A stretch of 64,000 nucleotides of DNA, taken from NCBI GenBank assembly GCA_964367355.1, contig CAYIWY010000004.1, positions 35,976-99,975 of the forward strand. Direction: 5' to 3'. Position 1 is the stretch's first letter. Every line of letters begins with the position of its first letter. The notes under the pieces are model-generated. The model was given only the letters and a program-made list of their open reading frames with translations, was not told the origin of the DNA and ran no database searches. Below, piece by piece: positions 1 through 13,095 of the stretch. A program made the position numbers and the translations under genes. The stretch is from an uncultured Gammaproteobacteria bacterium. Its GTDB lineage: Bacteria; Patescibacteriota; Microgenomatia; Woykebacterales; RBG-16-39-9b.

Positions 1-508
1 GTCTTTAAGGGGAAACTGGAAGCCTGAATTAAAAAAGACCCAAAGTTATTTTGGGAACTGCGAAATAGGTGAAGTTTTACCGATCCACAACTCTTCGGGG
101 ATTCGTGATCAAGAACAAATTTCACAAATGCAGGAGAATTTAAAAGTCGGTCAAGATATCTTAGAAAAAGATCAGCTACCAAATATTAAGCTAGTAGTTG
201 CTCCGAATCAGAAACTGCTACTCTTTGATGGTCACCACTCCCTCTTGAGTTATTTTAGTCACGGTAAGAGATTCATGCGTGAGATACCATATATAATAAT
301 TAGTTCAGAGAACTACAGGGAGGTTTCAAGTGAAGAAATCAGCTATTTTTTCCCCGAGAATAGTCGCGAAGAGATCATGAAAGATTGGAAAAGATTTACA
401 GTTAACTGGCAGGCAAATGTGGGTGAACAGCTTGAAGTTCGTAAGGTTTATTCGATTGCAGACTTAGCTAGCGAGCTTAGCAAAAGAAACAAAGGTGCGG
501 TAGAGTAG
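1..508 (+). CDS. ParB/Srx-like domain protein, 5'-partial
   Basis: Frame is open from the window start; LLLFDGHH motif typical of the ParB/sulfiredoxin fold. Confidence 0.55.
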   Translation, partial: SLRGNWKPELKKTQSYFGNCEIGEVLPIHNSSGIRDQEQISQMQENLKVGQDILEKDQLPNIKLVVAPNQKLLLFDGHHSLLSYFSHGKRFMREIPYIIISSENYREVSSEEISYFFPENSREEIMKDWKRFTVNWQANVGEQLEVRKVYSIADLASELSKRNKGAVE

Positions 509-1312
509 GAGACCTTTAGGATTGCGGCGAAGTTTTCGCTCCAAATCTTCCCGAACATCTTGATTTTGCTCGGCTTCAAACTTGGCAGGTAAGTAAAAGA
601 GATTGTAGTAAGCTTGGTCAAACTCTGCAAAACCAAAACTTTTCAATTTATCTTTATAACCAATCGGATCTTCCAGTTTCATCGTCTTTTCTTTGTCCAA
701 AACATGATCCGGGTTTTTCAAAACTGAAGTAATTAGCTCATCGGCTTTTTTTATCTCCTCTTTTGGTAATCCGACAGGTTCAAGAATATTTTCAAGTATA
801 GCAGAGACACTCCAGCGATCCATGCCAAAAATATCAAAATAAAGATTGTAGTGTGACGCGATCAAAAATCCGCCTGGTTTCAAGACTTTTTTAATTTCCG
901 CAAAAACAGTATGTTCCTCTTCTTTTGAAATATACGGTAAAACACCGTTGAGTATTATAATTTCAAATTTTTCGTTCAATTTGGACAGTTCTTGCAATGA
1001 AAGATGATGATAAACATCAGGAAGATTTTCTTCCTCGGCCTTCTTTTTTGAAGTTTTTATCATTCCTTGTGAGTAATCACAGGCAACCACGTCCCAACCT
1101 TCTTTTTGCAAAGTTCTGGTCATTAGTCCCGGACCGCAACCAGCGTCTAATATTTTAGTTTTTTCTTGGGTTTTTAGAAAATCAAGAATTAATTCGTAAC
1201 GAAAACTATTGGCCGGATAAAGTTTATGCTTGCGGTGGAAAGAAGTTTCCTCGTATTCATGAGAAACGCTATCCCAAAGTTCTGCTCTCGTGGATGTAAA
1301 CTTTTTTGACAT
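464..1312 (-). CDS. Class I SAM-dependent methyltransferase
   Basis: ILDAGCGPG motif I; VACDYS; VLKPGG motif. Confidence 0.9.
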   Translation of the reverse strand: MSKKFTSTRAELWDSVSHEYEETSFHRKHKLYPANSFRYELILDFLKTQEKTKILDAGCGPGLMTRTLQKEGWDVVACDYSQGMIKTSKKKAEEENLPDVYHHLSLQELSKLNEKFEIIILNGVLPYISKEEEHTVFAEIKKVLKPGGFLIASHYNLYFDIFGMDRWSVSAILENILEPVGLPKEEIKKADELITSVLKNPDHVLDKEKTMKLEDPIGYKDKLKSFGFAEFDQAYYNLFYLPAKFEAEQNQDVREDLERKLRRNPKGLLLYRTFVSFAKLAS

Positions 1313-1831
1313 GAGGGTTATTATACTACAACTTGACCTTGCTTGCTTGGTTTTGTATAATAATTCACATTGTTTGGCGCTGACCCCCTAAAATGGGTCA
1401 CAAGATTCTGAAGGAGCAGTGTTTTGCTTGTCGCGCAACCCCAGAGAGTGGTGTAAAGCAGTCGCTACAAACGTTTCGAGTTGCCTTGAAACTCAGAAGA
1501 GATGTTGACACTGCAAAAATGGAAGGGAGAGCCCTACCGCTTCTGAACGGTATCAAACACGATCACAACTACTTGAATCACGAGTCGATGGTTTGTGATG
1601 AGAGTTTGGTCGTGGTTCGAAGAATTGGTTGTAACTATATAACCTGCAACCTCGTCCTGCTCATGTTCGATAAGTAGCGGTTTAGACCCTAAGGCTACAT
1701 GCAAAAGTTCGCAAAAGTAATGTCCTGGGTGGTTTTGGTTTTTTGCCTTGACCACCCCTTTTCTTTTCCAATTTGTACTAGTTTGATATAATAAGCGTAA
1801 GAATGTAGCAATTCCAAGAAGGAGGCAGGGA

Positions 1832-2200
1832 TTGGTTTTGGCAATAGCGAGTCGAGTAAGGAGAATGTTACCCACACGGGCAGCGGTGCTAGTCAGGAAG
1901 CAAAGTTTTCGTGATGCAGTCATTCTGACAGCTCGCGCTGTACTAGAAGATGGTTATCGAAAACTTGTTCCACTCCAGTCCAAGGGTTACACGCAGAACC
2001 TCACGGAGGCGAAAGCGAAGGTTGTTAAACACAATCGCCATTACTCGCTGAAGGAACAGCTGATTTTTCAGGAAGCTGCTCGTTTAATTCTCCAGGAGGT
2101 GACCGAGTTCCACAACCTTGAGGTTTTTGGAAACGTTACAGATCAACCAAAAGAGGGTCAGAGGCTTGTTCAGCTTTTTATTCGTCAGAAAAGGTCGTAG
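1832..2200 (+). CDS. Hypothetical protein
   Basis: AAGGAGG Shine-Dalgarno and TATAAT upstream; terminator downstream. Confidence 0.6.
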   Translation: MVLAIASRVRRMLPTRAAVLVRKQSFRDAVILTARAVLEDGYRKLVPLQSKGYTQNLTEAKAKVVKHNRHYSLKEQLIFQEAARLILQEVTEFHNLEVFGNVTDQPKEGQRLVQLFIRQKRS

Positions 2201-2204
2201 TTAG

Positions 2205-2242
2205 AGGCACGTTGATCGATTTTCGATTAGCGTGCTTTTTCT
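2205..2242 (+). terminator. Intrinsic terminator
   Basis: GCACGTTGATCGA/TCGATTAGCGTGC hairpin followed by a T-tract. Confidence 0.75.
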
Positions 2243-2674
2243 TTAGGAGTTTGTTGGCGGGAGATTGGTTCTGGGGTGGTGTTTACGTTTAAAGTGCAAT
2301 TGGGCTAAAGATTTTTCGAGTTCGGCGGCAGTACGGGCAAATTCCTCGCCACTCAGCGTATGGCTTTGCTTCATAGCTTCTTCTGCGCGTTTTTTGGCTT
2401 CCTCAATTTTCTTCTCATCTAGATTGTCTGAAGTTTCGGCAAGATCAGTCAGAATCGATATTGTTTGGCCGGTGACTTCGACAAAACCAGAACCAGTGAC
2501 GAAATGTGAGACTTTATTGTTCTTCTTTATTGTCAGCTCTCCAGGTTTAACTTGAGTTATCAACGGAATGTGGTGAGGAAGTACTGTAATTTCGCCGTCT
2601 GAGGTTGGCAAAGACACTTGGTCAATTTCATCACTAAACACTATTTTTTCTGGAGTAACCAATTCTAGCTTCAT
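2243..2674 (-). CDS. atpC: ATP synthase F1 epsilon subunit
   Basis: LELVTPEK...GEITVLPHHIPLIT...GSGFVEV. Confidence 0.95.
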   Translation of the reverse strand: MKLELVTPEKIVFSDEIDQVSLPTSDGEITVLPHHIPLITQVKPGELTIKKNNKVSHFVTGSGFVEVTGQTISILTDLAETSDNLDEKKIEEAKKRAEEAMKQSHTLSGEEFARTAAELEKSLAQLHFKRKHHPRTNLPPTNS

Positions 2675-2780
2675 GCGGTTAATTATAATCTGTACTGGGT
2701 GCTAGAGCAAGTTGCAACTAAGTGTTTGCATTATAACGATAACGTTGACAGAAGAATACTTTTTTGTTTAATATTGTAAA

Positions 2781-4112
2781 GTGCAAACAAAACATGCCCG
2801 ACTACTATTTGTGCTTTCAATTTTCCTTCTGAGTTTGGTCGTGGTCGATTTTGTTAGAATCTCAAAAAATAATTCAATCACCAACTCTACCCAAAAAAGT
2901 GTACCTAATCTTGTCGCTAAAGTAGACGAAATCGGTCAAGTCCTGAACGAAACCTCAAACACCACCAATTACTACAAATTTTATCTCAAAGATCAGACTG
3001 GGGTAGCAATCACATCCCAAAGTGTTGATGCGTCTTTAATAAAAGGGGCCACGATAACAGTTTCCAACAAATCCACATTTACTTGTGGCGATACCGGTAG
3101 CAACTATTCATTTGCTGAAGTAGATGGGCTTTACAAGTTGATTTGTAACTCAGCTGCCTCAATGAACATCAAAATCACAAAAAATGGTTACAGTACCAAA
3201 AATGCAACACTCGCGTATTATCAAGGCGAAATTCCAACAATTTATCTGAGCCGCTATGTGGCTCCACCACCAACACCATCAGCGCCACCGGAAACAATTA
3301 AGACGATCACTTTACCGTCTGTGTTCAAAGAAGTAGGTAGTGAAACAACTGATTTGACCAAGATTACTGATCCAGCTAAGGTTGATAACCTTGTCCTAGA
3401 TGCCAAGACTGCTTCAATCAAATATTCGCAATCAGTTGACCTCTCGTCTACCGAGACTAAGGATAAATTTAAGGAATTAGATAAATATGTAAAAATTGAA
3501 CAAGTTGGGAAGGTAGCTGTTGATTCGACAAACCTTCCGGTTCTCAACAAAAAAGCGACAATAACAATGAAATCTTTAGGTTATGTCAAAACCCCAAAAA
3601 TTTTGGTAGATGGGAAAGAAGATAAATCTGTCGTTTCCAATATTAAATACAAAGATGGGGTGCTTACTTTTGACGTCACCCATTTTTCAACCTTCACGGC
3701 TGCACCAACTGTTGGGATCAATGAACCAGCCAATAATTTTGAAACCAACAACAAAACTGTAACTCTCAAAGGGACAGTTTCAGATCCAACAGCTTCTGTT
3801 TCCGCGAAACTGAACAACAAAAATCTGGGAAAATTGAAAATTGCCACCAGCGGAGCGTTTCAAAAAGATATTGATCTCGAGGAAGGTTTAAACAAAATTG
3901 TTGTCTCAGCTCTTGGAGCTAATTTGGCAACAGCGTCTGCATCAGTTTCAGGTACTTTACTAACGAATGTTAGTAGTCTGATAAATCCGTTAAACCTTCT
4001 ACTGGCATTTCTTGGGATTTTGGCAATTGCAATAATTGTTTGGACATTCAAACATCTCAAGAAAAATATGGACAAAAAAGTAGCTGCAAACAACAAACCA
4101 CCGATTCAGTAA
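2781..4112 (+). CDS. Surface/secreted Ig-like domain protein with N- and C-terminal TM segments
   Basis: N-terminal hydrophobic segment, Pro-rich linker, VTHFSTF, Ig-like LEEGLNKIVVSA, C-terminal TM with basic tail. Confidence 0.7.
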   Translation: MQTKHARLLFVLSIFLLSLVVVDFVRISKNNSITNSTQKSVPNLVAKVDEIGQVLNETSNTTNYYKFYLKDQTGVAITSQSVDASLIKGATITVSNKSTFTCGDTGSNYSFAEVDGLYKLICNSAASMNIKITKNGYSTKNATLAYYQGEIPTIYLSRYVAPPPTPSAPPETIKTITLPSVFKEVGSETTDLTKITDPAKVDNLVLDAKTASIKYSQSVDLSSTETKDKFKELDKYVKIEQVGKVAVDSTNLPVLNKKATITMKSLGYVKTPKILVDGKEDKSVVSNIKYKDGVLTFDVTHFSTFTAAPTVGINEPANNFETNNKTVTLKGTVSDPTASVSAKLNNKNLGKLKIATSGAFQKDIDLEEGLNKIVVSALGANLATASASVSGTLLTNVSSLINPLNLLLAFLGILAIAIIVWTFKHLKKNMDKKVAANNKPPIQ

Positions 4113-4118
4113 GCAAAC

Positions 4119-4151
4119 CTATTTTTTAACTTCTTCGATTTGACCCTTCAT
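4119..4151 (-). pseudogene. atpD: Relic 3' end of a second atpD (MKGQIEEVKK*)
   Basis: atg aag ggt caa atc gaa gaa gtt aaa aaa tag parallels the intact atpD end MRGSINEVK*. Confidence 0.7.
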
Positions 4152-4277
4152 GAGTCACTACGTTCTATGCGTGTGCTATTTCTTCGTCACCTCAGAAATA
4201 TCACCTAGCATATAACGCGCTAATTGAAGTTTTGAAAAACTGGATATTTTATTGTCTGCGCGCGATGCATGCTTGGA

Positions 4278-5745
<1,468 letters not shown>

Positions 5746-5749
<4 letters not shown>

Positions 5750-6138
5750 TTTAAAAAACCTCCATTTATTAATATCGGCATTACGTGAGTTTTAACGTGG
5801 GAGCCTAACTCTAAAGTTGAATCAGTACTATACCAGATTGCTTCTTCGATTTCTTTACCATCGGGTTTTATATTCTCACCGATATTTGCCGAAAAAATAT
5901 AAGTGTCCCACTCTTCCAGAGTTTCCGGGTTTTTGTAAAGATAGTTGGCAACAAGCTTAATTGATGAGTCATCAACTTCAGTACTCAGTTCTTCCATAAC
6001 TTCACGAGTTAAGGTATCTTTAGTCGTTTCGCCTTCTTCCCCCCGACCTCCTGGAAGTTTGTAAACTGTTTCATCGACCTTCCGAACAAGAAGAACTTTA
6101 TTATCTTTTATGTGTGTTAAGTAACTTCGTCGTTTCAT
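5746..6138 (-). CDS. NUDIX hydrolase
   Basis: Nudix box LPGGRGEEGETTKDTLTREVMEEL. Confidence 0.9.
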
Positions 6139-6139
6139 A

Positions 6140-6997
6140 TTAATTTAATGCTATCGCTGCTGTAGAGATATCCAAAATTTCATTGGTAATATTGGCTTGT
6201 CTTACTTGGTTATAAGCGAGAGTCAGATCATCGACCAATTCAGAAGCATTATCCGAAGCATTTTTCATGGCCACCATTCGAGCCGAGTGTTCACTAGCCG
6301 AAGAATCTAAAAGAATTTGGTATATTTCCATCAATATATAATGTGGCAAAATAGCTTCCAAAACCAAGTCGGCACTTGGTTCAAAGAGATATTCATCAAC
6401 AGTCAAATCAGAGCTGTCAGAAAGTTTATTTATTATTTCTAGATCAATTATCGGAAAAAGTTGGCGAATAATTGCCTCTTGTTTCAGAGTTGAGTGAAAC
6501 TGGGTGTAGATCACGTGAATTTTATCAAATTCGTTACTTAAAAAAGCTTCGGTTAGAAAACGGGTAATTGTCCCAGCAAATTCCAAGGTTGGTTTGTCTA
6601 AAAGTTCAAAATCAGCTGCTAGTGGTTTGGCAGAGCGGCTGACAAAAACCTGGCCTTTTTTACCAAGTGTAATAAATGAAACATTTCCAGTTACGTCAAG
6701 AGATTTTTTGAAAAGATTAGAATTTAATGAACCACACAAACCGCGGTTGGTAGTAATCAACAGTATTCCTTGTTTTTCGTTTTTTTCTCGAGAAAGTAAA
6801 GGGTGAGAAGTCAAATCAATTTTAGTTGAAATATGTTGCAACACGTCATTCATCAAGGCCGAGTAGCGTCGCCCTTTAGTTGCTTGATCTTGGGCGCGGC
6901 GCATTTTTGCAGCTGAAACCATCTCCATGGCTTTGGTCACCTTGGAAGTATTTTTAATGGATTTAATTCTTTGTCTTAGTTCTTTAGTTCCTGCCAT
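6140..6997 (-). CDS. atpG: ATP synthase F1 gamma subunit
   Basis: KVTKAMEMVSAAK; RGLCG; ASEHSARMVAMKNA. Confidence 0.97.
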   Translation of the reverse strand: MAGTKELRQRIKSIKNTSKVTKAMEMVSAAKMRRAQDQATKGRRYSALMNDVLQHISTKIDLTSHPLLSREKNEKQGILLITTNRGLCGSLNSNLFKKSLDVTGNVSFITLGKKGQVFVSRSAKPLAADFELLDKPTLEFAGTITRFLTEAFLSNEFDKIHVIYTQFHSTLKQEAIIRQLFPIIDLEIINKLSDSSDLTVDEYLFEPSADLVLEAILPHYILMEIYQILLDSSASEHSARMVAMKNASDNASELVDDLTLAYNQVRQANITNEILDISTAAIALN

Positions 6998-7000
6998 AAG

Positions 7001-8497
7001 TTACGCCTTAAATGATTTTTTGAAATCAACTGTAAATTTCTCTAACTCTTTTGTAATTTTCTCGGTTAAAACTTTCTCGTCCTTAATTTGTTTGAGTAGA
7101 TTTTTGCCTTTGGTGATTAAACTATCCAGGTATTTCTCCTGGAAAGAGCTGAGATTTTCAATTGCGATATCGTCTAGAAAACCATTAGTAACGGCCCAAA
7201 TTAAAACCACTTGCTGCTCGACTGGGATTGGGTTGTATTGGGGTTGTTTGAGAATTTCGACAATTCTACGACCGCGGTCAAGTTGGTTTTTTGTCGCTTC
7301 GTCTAGGTCTGAACCAAACTGGGCGAAAGCTTCGAGGCTGCGGAACTGTGCCAAATCAAGCCGCAGAGTTCCGGCAACAGATTTCATTGCCTTGATTTGG
7401 GCTGATCCTCCAACCCTGGAAACCGAGAGACCAACGTTGACAGCCGGGCGATTGCCTGCGTTAAACATATCCGATTCCAAGTAAATTTGTCCGTCGGTGA
7501 TAGAGATTACATTGGTTGGGATATAAGCTGAGACATCTCCGGCTTGAGTTTCGATAATTGGAAGAGCTGTCAAAGAACCGCCGCCATTATCCTTACTTAA
7601 ACGAGCTGCGCGTTCGAGTAGGCGAGAGTGGAGGTAAAAAATATCACCTGGGTAAGCTTCTCGACCAGAAGGTCGACGCAAAAGCAGGGAAATTTGACGG
7701 TAAGCCCAAGCGTGTTTTGAGAGATCGTCATAAATTGCTAAAGCATCTCTGCCTTGTTCCATAAAATACTCACCGATAGCACAGCCTGCATAGGGCGCTA
7801 GAAATTGCAATGATGCTGAATCCGAGGCTGAAGCTGCAACAACGATTGTATGATTCATTGCCCCATATTTTTCTAGAGTGTCGATGATTTGGGCAATTTT
7901 TGAAGTTTTTTGTCCGATAGCTACATAGATACAAATTACGCCGGAATCTTTTTGGTTAATGATTGTGTCAATGGTGATAGCTGTTTTACCAGTCCCCCGA
8001 TCACCAATGATCAACTCTCGTTGTCCACGCCCAATTGGAATCATACTATCAATTGCTTTAATACCGGTCTGTAGTGGGGTATTAACCGATTGTCTAGTAA
8101 TTACACCCGGAGCAATTTTCTCAATCGGATTGTCTTTGGTAGCTTTAAGTGGACCTTTTCCATCAATTGGGTTACCAAGCGGATCGACGACTCGACCGAT
8201 TAAACTTTCCCCAACTGGTATTGATAGAATTTTCCCGGTTGTTTCAACTTGATCACCTTCCTTTAGAATTTTGTAATCACCAAAAACAACAATACCAACT
8301 TGATCTTCTTCTAAGTTAAGTGCTAAACCAAAAAGTTCATAGGGAAGTTTGACTAGTTCGTTATAAGCAACTTCAGATAGACCTTCAACTTTGATAACTC
8401 CGTCCCCAATTTCAATTATTTTACCGACATTCTTTTTTGTCGTTGTTGTTTTTAATGATTCAATTTCCTTTTTAATTGTTTCTGCTAGTTTACTCAT
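7001..8497 (-). CDS. atpA: ATP synthase F1 alpha subunit
   Basis: GDRGTGKT; GREAYPGD. Confidence 0.98.
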   Translation of the reverse strand: MSKLAETIKKEIESLKTTTTKKNVGKIIEIGDGVIKVEGLSEVAYNELVKLPYELFGLALNLEEDQVGIVVFGDYKILKEGDQVETTGKILSIPVGESLIGRVVDPLGNPIDGKGPLKATKDNPIEKIAPGVITRQSVNTPLQTGIKAIDSMIPIGRGQRELIIGDRGTGKTAITIDTIINQKDSGVICIYVAIGQKTSKIAQIIDTLEKYGAMNHTIVVAASASDSASLQFLAPYAGCAIGEYFMEQGRDALAIYDDLSKHAWAYRQISLLLRRPSGREAYPGDIFYLHSRLLERAARLSKDNGGGSLTALPIIETQAGDVSAYIPTNVISITDGQIYLESDMFNAGNRPAVNVGLSVSRVGGSAQIKAMKSVAGTLRLDLAQFRSLEAFAQFGSDLDEATKNQLDRGRRIVEILKQPQYNPIPVEQQVVLIWAVTNGFLDDIAIENLSSFQEKYLDSLITKGKNLLKQIKDEKVLTEKITKELEKFTVDFKKSFKA

Positions 8498-8877
8498 TGG
8501 TTAATTACGCCTTTCAATTGTTCTAAATTACTCAAAACCGAGTCTTCCCAGACAAAGTCTCCGTTGCGAACTTTTAAACCTCCGATAAGGTCTTTATCTT
8601 CTTTTACTTGTGCTTCTAATTGCTTCCCGAGTAATTTTTCAAAATCGGTCTTTATTTTTGAAGTTGTGCCCTTATCTAGTTCGAAGGCCGATTCAATATA
8701 AAGTTGACTTTGTTTTTCGTTTTTCAATATCATTTTTTCCAAACTTTGCAGTATTGCTAGGGCATTAGCTGAACCATCTTTTCTTAGAACCTGGAAAATA
8801 TTTTCCAATTCTTTTGTCTGACCGTCTGTTTCTGTGTAGATTAACTTGGTTAGCTTTTTAACCTGATTTTTATTCAC
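8494..8877 (-). CDS. atpH: ATP synthase delta subunit (short form)
   Basis: Lies between atpF and atpA; C-terminal [14 protein letters not shown]. Confidence 0.85.
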   Translation of the reverse strand: MNKNQVKKLTKLIYTETDGQTKELENIFQVLRKDGSANALAILQSLEKMILKNEKQSQLYIESAFELDKGTTSKIKTDFEKLLGKQLEAQVKEDKDLIGGLKVRNGDFVWEDSVLSNLEQLKGVINQ

Positions 8878-9367
8878 GAACCTCCTTAACTACTTCTTCA
8901 ACAATTTTTTTGTTTGCTGCCTCATCGATTGTCTGTTTACTTACCTTCATGGAAGCGGCCATAACTATTTCGGCTAAGTCTTTCTTAACATCTTTCATCA
9001 GCTGATCTTTTTCTAGACTTAACCTTTCACTATTCTTCTGCATTATCAGAGTTACCTGTGATTTTGCTTCTGCTAAAGTCTTTTCAGACAACGCTTTTGC
9101 TTCTTCTTTCGCTTCTCTTATCATAGTTCCAGCCTCGATTCGAGCTTTGTCTAAAAGCTTTTCCTGCTCAATGCTTGATTGCTCGAGTCTTTTCTCAATT
9201 TCCTCAGCGTCTTTTAAAGATTTGGCAATCTTTGTTTTTCTTTCGTCCAGTACTTTTAGTATTGGTTTGTAAAGAAATTTTTGTAGCAACACTAAAAGAA
9301 TCGTAAAATTAACGATCTGGGCTGCCAACAGTATGGGATTGATACCAAATTCTTCAACAATTTCCAT
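8870..9367 (-). CDS. atpF: ATP synthase Fo b subunit
   Basis: AQIVNFTILLVLLQKFLYKPI...LDER; coiled coil. Confidence 0.95.
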   Translation of the reverse strand: MEIVEEFGINPILLAAQIVNFTILLVLLQKFLYKPILKVLDERKTKIAKSLKDAEEIEKRLEQSSIEQEKLLDKARIEAGTMIREAKEEAKALSEKTLAEAKSQVTLIMQKNSERLSLEKDQLMKDVKKDLAEIVMAASMKVSKQTIDEAANKKIVEEVVKEVRE

Positions 9368-9374
9368 TTTTAAT

Positions 9375-10353
<979 letters not shown>

Positions 10354-10725
10354 TTATCTGATTCTTTCAACAGCGTCAAATTTGATGTAATAAAGTTCAA
10401 TTGGGATATTCGGAAACTGAATATTTAGGAGTTGCTCAGCTTTTTCGAGTGATTTGACGTGATCTGCTCGGCTATTATTTTCCCCAAAAGCTCCACAATC
10501 CTCGTGGTCCATAATTAAAATCTTTTTTGGTTTATGAAGACGATTTGAAACTTCAATTGCATCAAATAATTGGTGAATACTTTTTGATGCGCCGGGGAAA
10601 GCAAGCAAATCATATTTATCTTTTAATCCAGCATCCTCTTTAAATTTTCGTGACTGAGTTACAAAGCGATAATCGATACATCGGATTATCAGAGCTTCAA
10701 TTTTTTCTGCGTGTAAATTTGACAT
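10354..10725 (-). CDS. Beta-class carbonic anhydrase-like protein
   Basis: Zn ligands CIDYR and HEDC; probable start MSNLH. Confidence 0.8.
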   Translation of the reverse strand: MSNLHAEKIEALIIRCIDYRFVTQSRKFKEDAGLKDKYDLLAFPGASKSIHQLFDAIEVSNRLHKPKKILIMDHEDCGAFGENNSRADHVKSLEKAEQLLNIQFPNIPIELYYIKFDAVERIR

Positions 10726-10794
10726 AACAGCTGACAATGATAGCAAACTTGAGTCAACCTGACAAGACTCCTGCAAAATGTGTAAAATAGTTAT

Positions 10795-12387
10795 ATGATC
10801 CATCTGCCAAAACCGCTACGACCAGTTGTCCTTGTAATTCTTGATGGTTGGGGTATTGCTGCTGAAAATACTGGAAATGCTATCAGCCGAGCAAATAAGC
10901 CATTTTTCAATTCAATAAATGTGAGTTATCCGCACACACAACTTAATGCTTCAGGTGAATCTGTTGGCTTACCAAAAGGAGAAGCCGGGAACAGTGAAGT
11001 GGGACATTTGAATATTGGAGCTGGAAAGATAGTTTACCAAGATTTACCGAGGATCAATGGGGCAATTGCTGATGGAACATTTTTAAATAACGAAGTTTTC
11101 AAAAGAGCGTTTCAACAGGTGACAGATAACAATTCTGCCCTTCATTTAATGGGCTTAGTCGGGACCGGTGGTGTTCATTCAAGTGTAGAACATTTGTACG
11201 CCCTTCTTTGGGCGGCAAAAGAGAGTGGTGTTAGCAAGGTTTTTTTACACCTTTTTACTGATGGTCGGGACTCTTCACCAACGAGTGGTTTGCAACTAAT
11301 TCAGGAAATTCAGTACAAAATTGCAGCGATCGGAATTGGCAGAATCGCCTCGATAATGGGTCGTTATTGGTCTATGGACCGTGACAGGCGCTGGGAGCGA
11401 ATTTCTCGAGCTTACAGAGCGCTTGTTTTTGGAGAAGGTGCTCAAGCTATCGACCCAAGAGCAGTGGTGGAAACATCATATCAAAAAAATATTACCGACG
11501 AATTTATCGAGCCAACATTAATTCGATTTAACGACAACAGCTTTGGAACGATAAAGAATAACGATAGTGTGATTTTCTTTAATTTTCGCTCCGACAGAGC
11601 TCGGCAACTAACCCATGCGTTTGTATTGCCAAATTTCACTGATTTCAATCGCGGAGAGCAGTTAAAAAATCTCAACTTTGTGTCAATGGCAGAGTATGAA
11701 AAAGGTTTGCCAGTGGAAGTAGCATTTACTCATCAGGAGATCGACCAGCCACTTTCAAAGGTAGTTAGCGACCATCTTTTGAAGCAGCTACATATTGGAG
11801 AAAGTGAGAAGTATGCCCACGTTACTTATTTTATTAATGGTGGTCGAGAGGATCCGTTCCCATTGGAGGATCGGGTTCATATACCTTCCCCTAAAATACC
11901 AACCTATGATTTAAAACCGGAAATGAGTGCTGTCGAAATTACTGATTATGTTGTCAATAAATTACGTTCAAGTATGTATGAATTTTACATTGTCAATTTT
12001 GCAAATTCTGATATGGTTGCGCATACTGGTTCTATTAGTGCAACAATTAAAGCCGTTGAAGTAGTCGATCAATGTTTGAAAAGAATTGCGGAAGCGACTT
12101 TAGCTAAGGGTGGGGCAATGGTAGTGACGGCAGATCACGGTAACGCGGAAACAATGCTCAACCTTTCGACTGGGGGCGTTGACACAGAGCACTCAACCAA
12201 CCCCGTACCTCTGATTGTTGTGGCTAAGGAATTTCAACATTCTTCTACGTTGCAATTTCCGTCAGGTGTTTTAGCCGATGTTGCTCCAACAGTTTTAGCT
12301 CTGATGGGAATTACTAAACCAGGAACGATGATGGGTCAGGATTTACTTGGAATAAAAATTCTCAATAATTCTTTTGAAGCTGAGTAG
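10795..12387 (+). CDS. gpmI: 2,3-bisphosphoglycerate-independent phosphoglycerate mutase
   Basis: ILDGWG, GNSEVGH, MDRD, TADHGN. Confidence 0.97.
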   Translation: MIHLPKPLRPVVLVILDGWGIAAENTGNAISRANKPFFNSINVSYPHTQLNASGESVGLPKGEAGNSEVGHLNIGAGKIVYQDLPRINGAIADGTFLNNEVFKRAFQQVTDNNSALHLMGLVGTGGVHSSVEHLYALLWAAKESGVSKVFLHLFTDGRDSSPTSGLQLIQEIQYKIAAIGIGRIASIMGRYWSMDRDRRWERISRAYRALVFGEGAQAIDPRAVVETSYQKNITDEFIEPTLIRFNDNSFGTIKNNDSVIFFNFRSDRARQLTHAFVLPNFTDFNRGEQLKNLNFVSMAEYEKGLPVEVAFTHQEIDQPLSKVVSDHLLKQLHIGESEKYAHVTYFINGGREDPFPLEDRVHIPSPKIPTYDLKPEMSAVEITDYVVNKLRSSMYEFYIVNFANSDMVAHTGSISATIKAVEVVDQCLKRIAEATLAKGGAMVVTADHGNAETMLNLSTGGVDTEHSTNPVPLIVVAKEFQHSSTLQFPSGVLADVAPTVLALMGITKPGTMMGQDLLGIKILNNSFEAE

Positions 12388-12522
12388 CAAATAATACTGT
12401 TTTTAGTTTTCAGTGTCTGACACTAAAAATTATTAACGCTTCAATCTATTGATAAATTGAAACGCAAATTAAAGAAGCAAAAGAAAAACGACCCCGGAAA
12501 AATTTCGAGGGTCGTCTGTTGT

Positions 12523-12972
12523 TTAAGCGCAGAGAACTTCCTTGATTTTTGCGCTGTTTTTTGGGATCCAGGCCTGATGCTTTTGCCAACCAGCCAAACT
12601 ACCGTACGTCATGATTTTGATGTAGTACATCGTCTTCGACTCGTAAAGAATGTCGGCGACGCGATAAGTCGCTAGGGCGTCACTGACTTCGTATAGAAGT
12701 TGCCTTTTCGGTTCGCGTGAACGATTGAGAAAGGACAACAAACGCTGGATCAGTGACTTTGAAACCGTGATTTCATCGAAACTGACATTGGCGTCGACCA
12801 ATTCCCGGCGGAAGATTCGCTCACCTTTATTGTCATGAACAGCAAAATGTGCGTCGGTTCCGTATGACTCGAAAGAAATACGCGAATGCTGTTCGTTACG
12901 TACATCCTGCTGGTCCCAAACTTGATCCATTGCCTTAAGGCCTGATCCAAGATTCAGAAAGAACGTCTTCAC
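12523..12972 (-). CDS. Hypothetical protein
   Basis: AGGAGGT SD before GTG; TTGACT-17-TAAAAT promoter; hairpin terminator at about 12488-12516. Confidence 0.65.
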   Translation of the reverse strand: MKTFFLNLGSGLKAMDQVWDQQDVRNEQHSRISFESYGTDAHFAVHDNKGERIFRRELVDANVSFDEITVSKSLIQRLLSFLNRSREPKRQLLYEVSDALATYRVADILYESKTMYYIKIMTYGSLAGWQKHQAWIPKNSAKIKEVLCA

Positions 12973-13049
12973 ATTTACCTCCTGTGACTTCACGACCGGT
13001 TCTGAAATTGTACAAATTTTAACACAATAAAGAAGAAAAGTCAATACTA

Positions 13050-13092
13050 TAAGCCGCTTCGCGTCTTGCGTCCAGAAAATGCTGGACTAAGG
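13050..13092. repeat. REP-like palindromic element (relatives at 9609, 46948, 47901, 56492, 58459)
   Basis: Shared pattern AAG(C/T)CGCT(T/A)CGCG(T/C)CTTGCG-hairpin-CTAAGG; some copies are partial. Confidence 0.65.
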
Positions 13093-13095
13093 TTA

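Noticed and set aside
6927-7484. Long antisense ORFs over core genes (also 39537-40058, 60568-61158, 24088-24705 and many shorter ones)
   Set aside because: Shadow frames opposite well-supported genes, with no motifs or initiation signals.
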